The position numbers were made by a program, and so were the translations under genes. Positions 54,672-64,000 of a DNA stretch of 64,000 bases are shown piece after piece (position 1 is the first letter of the stretch; each line of letters starts with the position of its first letter). The notes below the pieces were generated by a model. It made no database searches. It saw nothing but the letters and a program-made list of their open reading frames with translations, and was not told the DNA's origin. The stretch covers positions 14,074,001 to 14,138,000 of the forward strand of contig OZ059897.1 of assembly GCA_964057225.1 (NCBI GenBank), written 5' to 3'. This DNA comes from Auanema rhodensis. Taxonomy: Eukaryota > Animalia > Nematoda.

Positions 54672-56386
54672 ATGCTACGGGGTATGTTGGAAAGTTTTTT
54701 TTAGTTTTATTTATTTTTGAATTTTCATGTTGAATTAAAAGAAAATTTATTGTTATAGTGTTTGTTGTTTTAACCATTTTTGGTTTGGCTGCTGCCTCAT
54801 TAAAGGATCTTGGTTATCCCAATTGGTCATGTAGCTCAAATGTTATGAAGAGGTTCGTTTTAAAAAAAAATTATATAATAGTATACGAATAGTATTTAGA
54901 AGTGCTAAAGTTCCTACAAACGTTAATTCTGTTCGTTTTGGAGATATTAAAGTTATTGGAGCTCTTGGTGATTCTCTAACTGTATGTTTAATAGTTGTCT
55001 TCAGATATAATTTCTGATCTTCTCTCTAGGCTGCTAATGGAGCTGGTGCTCAACCTGGTGATGCTCTTGCTGTAATTCTTCAATACAGAGGATTAGCTTT
55101 CCAAATTGGAGGAGATAAAAGCCTTGATGAACATGTAACAATTACAAGTAAAATCTTTAAAAAGAATAATATTTAATATTTTTGTACAATTTAGATATTT
55201 TGAAGAAATTTAATCCTAATCTTGTTGGCTATTCAAAAGGAATAGGATCAGCTAATGTTTGGGAGGTTAATAATAATAATAATATATTTATTTTGAAATA
55301 TATATATGATAGGTATCTGAATTCAATCAAGCTATCCCAGGAGCTGAAACTAGAGATATTATTGGACAAGCTCGTGTATTAGTTCAGCTTATGAAGAAAC
55401 ATGCACAGGCAATATTTCAATAAGTTTAAAAGTATACAAATTGGTTTAAGGTTAATATCAAGAATGATTGGAAATTGGTAAATATCTTCATTGGAGCTAA
55501 CGATATGTGTGCTTATTGTGATACAAATGGAACTGTAAATGCTAAGTTTTATATTCCAATTATCATGTATGCTTCAGGGAGCTTATGATCCAATGGTTTT
55601 CAAGCAAAATATTATCACAGCTGTTCAAATCTTGAAGGACAACCTTCCAAGGTTTGATAAAGAACTTGAAGAAAATATATTTATAACATACATTTTAGAA
55701 CTATTGTTTCACTTACTGGAATGATGGATATGGGAATGCTTAGAAAAATTGATAAGAAAAAATATTTCTGTGATGGACTTCATGTGTAAGAAAATTTATT
55801 TTTTAAAGAAAAAATAAAAAAATAATTTTCAGTTTCGAATGCCCATGTGAAAAAAGATTATCATTCACTAACGACGATATCTCATATGCTTGTAGACGTG
55901 AAATGGTTGCTTACTCTCTTATTGGCTTTATTTCAATTTTTTTTAATTCAGGCTGCTGAGCAACAGATTCAAGATTCTGGAATATTTGATACAACTGATG
56001 ATTTTACTTTTGTTATTCAACCATTTTTGAATAATATTCATGTTCCACCAATGGTAATATATAAATATATTTTATTTTAATTTATTTTTCTTTTAGACTC
56101 CCGATGGAGAAGTTGATATGACATGGTTTGCTCCTGATTGTTTCCATTTCTCTCAACTTGGACATTCCAATATTGGTAAACATCTTTGGAATACCATCAT
56201 TCAACCAGTTGGATCAAAACAAACTAGTGTCAATTTATCTGATCCATCTATTCCATTGAACTGTCCAACTGATGTAAGTATTCATTTAATTTAATTACAG
56301 TAATCTATTATTTACAGAGTTGCCCATTCTTCCGAACAGTCAAAAATAGTAAAGATTGTTCAAAATATATGACCAAAGCTGCTTAA
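54672..56386 (+). CDS. Phospholipase B1-like secreted GDSL/SGNH lipase, paralog A
   Basis: Signal peptide, DIKVIGALGDSLT|AANG, DWKLVNIFIGANDMC, FVIQPF, FAPDCFHFS; multi-exon, in frame. Confidence 0.93.
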
Positions 56387-56640
56387 TTATAAAATAAAAT
56401 AATTAATAAGTTGAAATATATTGTTTATAAAGTAAATAAAATGTTTTTTTTTCATAATTATATACATATATACATATCAGTAACAAACTAAATTCAATTT
56501 ATAAAATCATTTAAATTGAAATGTTTTTGAAATTTGTTCTAATCAAACACAATCTTTAATTAATTTTATCTTTTTATTATAATTATCAACTATTATAATT
56601 ATTGATACGATTTATTGCGATCTCTGCACTACTACTAACA

Positions 56641-58431
56641 ATGCTTCGAGGTATTTTTAAATATTTTCATTTTAATTAATTAATATTTGATTCAGAAATA
56701 TTTCTTTTTGCATTGTTATCACATGTAATATTAGCTATACTTCCGGATCTTGGTGCTCCTGGCTGGACATGTGGCGAAAATTTAATGAAACCGTAGAAAT
56801 CACATGATTACAATTTTAATTTTCCTTCTTCATATCTATTTCAGAAGTAAAATAATTCCGAAATCAGCACATGCTGTTCGATTTGGTGATATTAAAATAG
56901 TTGCTGCTCTAGGAGATTCTCTCACGGTACTTAACATTACATGAAAATGTATTGTGAATTCATGTTCAGGCTGCTAATGGAGCTGGAGCTGAACCTGGTG
57001 ATGCTCTTGCTGTAATTCTTCAATACAGAGGATTAGCTTTCCAAATTGGAGGAGATAAAAGCCTTGATGAACATATTACCATTCCAAGTTTTTAAAAACT
57101 TTTTTTTTGAATGGAAATATATGATATATTCAGACGTACTCAGAAAATTTAATCCACACATCTTCGGTTTCTCTAATGGCATTGGGCCCGCAAACGTGTG
57201 GGAGGTTTTGTCTCCAAATATTAATTGAATGTAAATTATATTCTCTCACATTAAAGGTTTCACGATTGAATCAGGGAATACCCGGAGCTGAATCAGGCAA
57301 TTTACCTGCCCAAGCTCGAGCCTTAGTATCTCTCATGAAAAGCCATTCTGAAGTAAAATATTAATATATTTTTATAGAAAAAACTAAAATTTCTCAGATA
57401 AATGTGAAAGAAGATTGGAAATTAGTAAATATCTTTATTGGAGCTAATGATATATGTGGATGGTGTAACTCAAATGGAACAGTAATCTTAATTATTGTTT
57501 TTTTTAAATTTCGTATACTTAGGGAATGCATTCAAATGAGAAATTTAAACAAAATTTAATTGATACATTAAATGTTTTAAGAGATAATTTACCAAGGTTT
57601 GTTATAATATAATTAAAGAAATATATTCTTTTAATTTAGAACAATTGTTTCTTTAACTGGAATGTTAGATATGACGATGGTACGTCGTATAGATAAGGGT
57701 CAAGCATTTTGTGATGGGCTCCACGTGTTAGTTTATGAAATCAAAAAATCTAGTTTGCTTCTTTAAAAAGAAATCAACAAGAAATTTAATCTTTGATATA
57801 AAAATTATTATTTTATATCAAAAATATATATTTATATTATATAATATTAAGCTTTGAATGTAGCTGTGAAAAGAATCCTAATTTTCCGGATTCATTGATG
57901 CGTACAGCTTGTCAAAACTTCATGGTAATATTAAAAGAAAAAGAAATATTTGTGTTATGATAGAATATGTTTAAGAGAGCAGAGGAAGAAATACAAGATT
58001 CTGGAATATTTGATACAACTGATGATTTTACTTTTGTTATTCAACCATTTTTGAATAATATTCATGTTCCACCAATGGTATATTTCTATAATATAATAGA
58101 AAATTCAAAAGTATTTCAATAAGAAATCTGATGGAGAAGTTGATTTGACATGGTTTGCTCCTGATTGTTTCCATTTCTCTCAACTTGGGCATGCAAATAT
58201 TGGTAAACATCTTTGGAATACTATTCTACAGCCCGTAGGATATAAGCAGACTAGTGTCAATTTGTCTGATACATCTATTCCATTACATTGTCCAAATGAT
58301 GTTTGTAAATTTAAATTTATTTAAAATTTATTCTTTTACTATTGAAATCCATTTATTCATTTTTTTTTCAGAATTGCCCTTTCTTTCCAACAAGGAAAAA
58401 TGTGAACATAGATTGTGTTAAATTATCTTGA
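56641..58431 (+). CDS. Phospholipase B1-like GDSL lipase, paralog B
   Basis: ALGDSLT|AANG, IGANDIC, APDCFHFS; same intron positions as paralog A. Confidence 0.93.
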
Positions 58432-58789
58432 ATAGTCTATTCAAACTACAATTTTCGCAAAAAAAATATTTTTATTTGATGTTCAATTTTATAATTAAAA
58501 GAATAAAGATTACAATTAATTTAATGAATTCTTATAAATCTTATCCGGAAATACGAACTTACATGGGAAACATGAGGTAACATAAAAAATTATTTGTATA
58601 ATTTGAATTTAAAGAGGATAAAATATAAATATGTATGATTTTTTCAATTTTTTGTACTCTTGTTATTCTTTTTAATATATTCTATAACATAAATAGTTCA
58701 TTATTATTACTATTCTTATGTATAGAAGTATATAAAAGGATCAGATTTTTATAATTTCGAAATACTACAGTTTTATTTCTGAATTAATC

Positions 58790-60596
58790 ATGAATCAATG
58801 TAAGTTTACTTATTTAAAAAAAAATTAAACTCGAAAAACAAAATATTTTCTTCAAATATAAAGGATATTTAAGGCTTATTTCTTATAATTGCTACTGTGT
58901 CCATTTGTTGGGCAATTAAATATCCGGATATTGGAAGATCAAATTATTCATGTGATGCTTCAACAATGACTAAGTAATCATATATGAATTCAATAATTTA
59001 AAAGAAAAAGAAATCCTTTTATTCATAAATTTTAATTATAATTACTATGTTTATTTTAATTTTTAAAAAAAAAAATAGAATTATAATCGTTTATTTTTGA
59101 ATTGTAAAACAAAAATAATCTATTATATATTTTGCGAATAACAAACTTATTTGATTTAAGTAGTTCACAAGTACCTACTAGTGCACATGCTGTCAAGTTT
59201 GCTGACATTAAGATTATAGGAGCTCTCGGAGATTCTCTTACTGTATATAACTATATGTATATACATACTTTTAAAAATAATAATTCAGGCTGCTAATGGA
59301 GCTGGAGCTACGAAGTTAAACTTGCTTGAAGTTATTTTGGAATACCGTGGTTTAGCATTTCAAATTGGAATGGATCAAAGCCTTGATACTCATATTACTA
59401 TACCAAGTAAAATATTTCAAATAATTAATTATTATCAAAATAATGTATTATAGATGTTCTTAGAAAATTTAATCCCAATATCTTTGGTGGTTCAGTTGGA
59501 ATAGGAAAAGCTGATGTATGGGAGGTAGCACGTTTGAATCAAGGTATTCCTGGAGCAAGAGCCAAAGATTTACCTGCCCAAGCTCGAGCCTTAGTATCTC
59601 TCATGAAAAGCCATTCTGAAGTAAAATATTAATATATTTTAATAGAAAAAACTAAAATTTCTCAGATAAATGTGAAGGAAGATTGGAAATTAGTAAATAT
59701 CTTTATTGGAGCTAATGATTTATGTAGCTATTGCCGTATTAATGGAACAGTAACTTTCATAAATTTTCAAATATATATAATCAAAAACGTTAATTTTAGG
59801 AAGAATATTCAGCAGCATCTTTCAAACAACATATTATTGATGCTGTTCAAATTCTTAAAGATAATTTGCCAAGGTAAATATTTTTTTATTATAATTATAT
59901 ATTTTTGATTTATAGAACTATTGTCTCGTTGACAGGAATGCTTAATATGAAAATTGTGAGAGGAATTAAATCACAGGCTAGAGGATTGTGTGCTATAAAC
60001 CATTTGTAAATTTTATTCATGAGATACAAATAATATCTAGAATATGTACTTCAGATTCATATGTACATGTGATAATCGTCCAGATTTCACTGACGATGAT
60101 ATGTCTAAAGCTTCTGAGGCTTATATGGTAAACGGAATGATAGTATGGTTATCTAGCTAATCAATTTGTAGGTTGCTCAACAAGAAATACAAGATTCTGG
60201 AATATTTGATACAACTGATGATTTTACTTTTGTTATTCAACCATTTTTGAAAGATGTAGTATTGCCACCAATGGTCACTTTTCAACTAATATGTTTATAT
60301 TAAAAACTGAAACATGTTCAGAAAGAAGGAAAGCTTGATCTTGACTTTTTCGCGCCTGACTGCTATCATTTCTCCAAGCTTGGTCATTCAGTCGTTGCTT
60401 TGAACTTGTGGAATACTATTGTTCAACCAGTCGGACAGAAACAGACACTAGTTAATCTTTCCGATTATGATGCTTCATTAGCCTGTCCGAGTGCTGTAAG
60501 TTATTGGTTTAATATCTGAGCTCATTGAACTTTAAACTGATTTTTCAGGCCTGTCCATATTTCCCCACAACGAAGAATAATGTAAACTGTAGCTAA
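58790..60596 (+). CDS. Phospholipase B1-like GDSL lipase, paralog C
   Basis: ALGDSLT|AANG, IGANDLC, APDCYHFS; lacks one intron present in A and B. Confidence 0.93.
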
Positions 60597-60828
60597 TTTT
60601 ACTGAATATGCTTATCAAAAAATATATTCAAAACCATAAATAGTATAATAATATAAATATTTTTGCACTTTTTATATATATTATATATACAAAATGAAAA
60701 TATAAAATTTAAGCCATTTTCTCAACAATTAAGTAAAGCGTTGCTATGAGCTTGAAAAGAAAAAAAAACTTCAATGTACTATACTTGATGTAAAATGAAA
60801 ATATAGAAACAGTTGTTGAATATTCACA

Positions 60829-61579
60829 ATGCCAAGAAAATACTCTTTTACGTTGTCTGAAGATGATTTCAGAAAACAAATTCAACCAATTCAAGGTATA
60901 TACTTTTGAGTTTCTGTTTTTCCATTTACAATCATATACTTCATTCATATAATTTTTTAGCTGCTGATATACCTAAAACTCAGTTAACAACTTTATATGA
61001 AGATCAATCTGTTATCTCAGAATTAATGAAAAAAGATGCTGAAAAACAAAAAGTTAAAGATGAACTTCGTAAAAATCGTAAATTATCATCAGCTACATCA
61101 AATCCAGATATATCCCAACCAGAAATACTACATCATATTGACCATTCAATTCAAAATAATCCGGTAGATTTCAATAAAACAATTCGTCCTGTGAATAAAT
61201 TACAAGTTTGACTATTATTTTTATTTAAAAAAATATATTTTATGCTTTTTAAGGATAATTCTTATAAAAGATTTAGTGACACAAGATATTTTAATTGGGA
61301 TGATTCAGGCGATGAGATATTGACTAATGAAAGATCAACTTCATTCACAAGGTATATCCAAAAGTTCCCAGCATAACTAACAAGAAATTAATATTTTTCA
61401 GAGAACAAGCTTATCAAAGTACTATTGAAGTACGACCATGTGTATTATGCCAGCTTGCTCTTGAAGCATCCGAAAAGGAAAAAGCAGAAGAAAATCGAAG
61501 AAAGATTGAGATGAGAAAGAAAACATATCGAAGTGAACATTGTATTGAACTGGACCGTTTCCAAAAACAGTTCAAATGA
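60829..61579 (+). CDS. Hypothetical hydrophilic protein (~200 aa, 4 exons)
   Basis: MPRKYSFTLSEDDFRKQIQPIQ|AADIPK...VNKLQ|DNSYKRF...SFTR|EQAYQSTIEVRPCVLCQL...KQFK*. Three introns all restore frame; no family recognised. Confidence 0.65.
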
Positions 61580-63559
61580 TTTCTTCATCCAAATCACAAA
61601 AATCCAAATCTTCTTATTTTGGCTCATCATACACTTCCTGTTAGGAGAGTTCATGTGGCTCAAGTCACGCCTTAGTTCATTGTCGGCATTCATTCAAGCA
61701 CTGCTTGCTGTTCCAAGATCCTGGTGTTGTTGGCATTGTGTGGCTTGTTCGTTAACAATCAAAACAACATTTTTTTTCTTTAACATTGATAGAAAAATTT
61801 AATTTTTCCCTCATACATTCTTAAAACTAGTGAAGTGTCTATGTGCATGTGTGCATGTATAGCATTCAATACCGATTACAATTTGTCCGTTTGCTCCAAG
61901 CAAACGGGGGTCTCATCTGGTTGATATTAGAACACATAGTAATAGCTAGTTGAAGAAGACCCGAAGAACAATGACCATTTTAATATGAATTATATTATTT
62001 TATATTTTTTTCTATTATTTACTGGCAAATATTACAGTTTTTGACCAAAAACTATTTTCTTTTATATTAATTATAAGATGTACAATCGAATTTTCTAAGC
62101 TTTAAACAGTTATTATATTGTATTTGGTTTAACTATATATATATTCAAGATTATTGTATTATTTCATATAATTAGTGAAAATCTAATTTAATGACCTGTA
62201 TTCAATGTTTTTTTTCATTCCAAATACTTCTCTAATAAATGAGAAAATATGATGTTTAAGTAAGTGTCTGGTGAAAATTATTTCCAAAAATTGATCAATT
62301 ACATATGCCTGTCCAATAATTCTGTCACATAAAGTTTTTGAAATGAAATCCATTGATGTCAAAAGAGCAATGACTTTCAAGCTGAATATATTTCACATAA
62401 TGTATACTCATGAAGACATGTCTATACGAAATTTTAAATAAATATACATATATAGTTAGTTAGATAGATAGATGAGATCTATATATATATATGTGTGTAT
62501 GTATGTATATTTATATCTTTCCTCCCACTCTCTTTTCTCTCTTTTTCGTCTACATTTTAGCTAACAAGCTTTTATTCATTAAATATTTCAAAGAAATCGT
62601 CGTTGGATATGATAGACAATGCTGAACTTGTCATAGATGTTATGCCATAGTATTGACTATGACTACTAGCTCAAGTTAATTCACTACTATTTGCTCAAAC
62701 TATTTATTATGAACTATTAGGAAATTCCAAATGAGTTGGGCAGTTTTGAGAGAGAAACGCTGGATAAAAGAGCTGATGAATTAAGCAGAGGCAGTGGGAG
62801 GCCCCTTCAGACAGAGACACATCGAAAACGAAAAAGAGAGGACGAATCTGAGAGAGGGTGTGATACAGCTTGTTCAATCCTATAAAGTTGGCTATAACTA
62901 AAATACAGCAACCTGGTCAGAAAGCCCCTCTTTTATTCAGACTAACTAGATCTCTACTAACAATACTTAAATCTTATTTGATTTTAATATGTAATTATTG
63001 AGACCAAATGTGTACAAAACTTAAAATTATTTCTACGTAACTTAAGTAAATGAACTAGTAATTAACATTATGACTGAATAGATATTAGATAGTAGCAATC
63101 AGACAATATTTTAATCATATTTAACTATACATTTCAAATATATATCTAATATATTAATTATTTCATCATATAATATTTTACTTTAATTGTTATTTTTATC
63201 ATTTCATCTTATTTATGTTAATTTTAGTTATCACGTGAGAATTTTCACGTATGCTACAATACAATTACACATTATTTTGATATATTTATGTTGTTTGAAC
63301 GGTTGCTATTTCTTTTTTATTTCAATTTTTCTATATTATTTTAAAATTAAAATTTTTGAAATATCCGATAAAAAATACGAATTATTAAATAATTTTATTG
63401 AGAAGAAAAACCTTTTTTTTTCACTCTCATCGTTTAATAATAAGAAGTCAAATATGCTAACATATTGTTTTGATGCATTCTTTTAATTCTTTAAAAAACA
63501 AGGAAGAAGAATTATTAACCAATAGATTATGCGCAGAATTTTTTTTTTTTGTTAAAACT

Positions 63560-63710
63560 TTAAAATTTTTTGAAACTTTTACACGTTTTCTTAAAGCTCT
63601 CCATCAACGCCTTTCGCATCAAACGAGGCTTTCGGCCATCATCTGTTGAAAAGGTTTCAATTTGTCGGGACTTATTCCATTTTCACCACGACATCTCACA
63701 TTGTCTCCAT
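63560..63710 (+). mobile_element. Possible mariner N-terminal (HTH) relic
   Basis: INAFRI/NEAFG resembles mariner A.RNINEAFG; frameshifted and short. Confidence 0.25.
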
Positions 63711-64000
63711 AACTTCATTTAGTTTAACGGAAAAAAAGGAACAATATGTAGATATCTTGTGGTATTCACATGCTAACTTACTTCCTTACAAGCCTATGTA
63801 TACATACGTAGATGTATGAAGTTACTCACTCCAATTTCAGTGATGCTTATGCTATAAGGTACTTATAGGCCAGCTTGCTAGAATTGAGGTAAATAAAATC
63901 CTATATTTTCATCTTTTCTCTTTTTAATTTTCTATATTAAAGTAATTGAGGCCAGGAAAAAAACCGCAGAACAATGGTATAGTATTTCAAGTAAAATTTG

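Noticed and set aside
54600-58790. GATA (TGATAA/TTATCA) and TATA motifs upstream of the lipases
   Set aside because: Plausible intestinal promoters, but such AT-rich words are expected by chance at this base composition.
61577-61675. Stop-codon readthrough or selenocysteine: frame stays open ~31 codons after the TGA
   Set aside because: The length is compatible with chance and no SECIS-like hairpin was recognised.

Overview
AT-rich eukaryotic genomic DNA, almost certainly nematode: 40-55 nt introns, TTTCAG-type acceptors, serpentine chemoreceptors and a MOLO-1-like gene. The supplied ORF track is mostly exon fragments or noise, so genes were rebuilt by manual splicing. 0.2-16.2 kb: young tandem array (period 3.2-3.6 kb) of one truncated and five intact 6-exon 7TM chemoreceptor genes. 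These alternate between two sequence types and are separated by near-identical spacers that look like a decayed Mutator element. 17-32 kb: C2H2 zinc-finger gene, MOLO-1/TPM-like membrane protein, histidine acid phosphatase, chemoreceptor. 32.3-39.8 kb: transposon island with a Merlin relic, an internally deleted Tc1, a mariner end, an intron-containing Polinton/Maverick protein-primed DNA polymerase B with a VSR-like insert, scrambled duplicates of it, and a T-free GGAC array. 40-62 kb: two more chemoreceptors, a Tc1-family MITE, an SDR, a second pPolB relic, an MFS sugar transporter, a mariner relic, three phospholipase-B-like paralogs with patchwork gene conversion, and an orphan gene. Most notable: the spliced Polinton pPolB, the alternating hyper-divergent chemoreceptor array, and frequent AAG splice acceptors. 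All calls come from manual translation and motif recognition; no database search was run.
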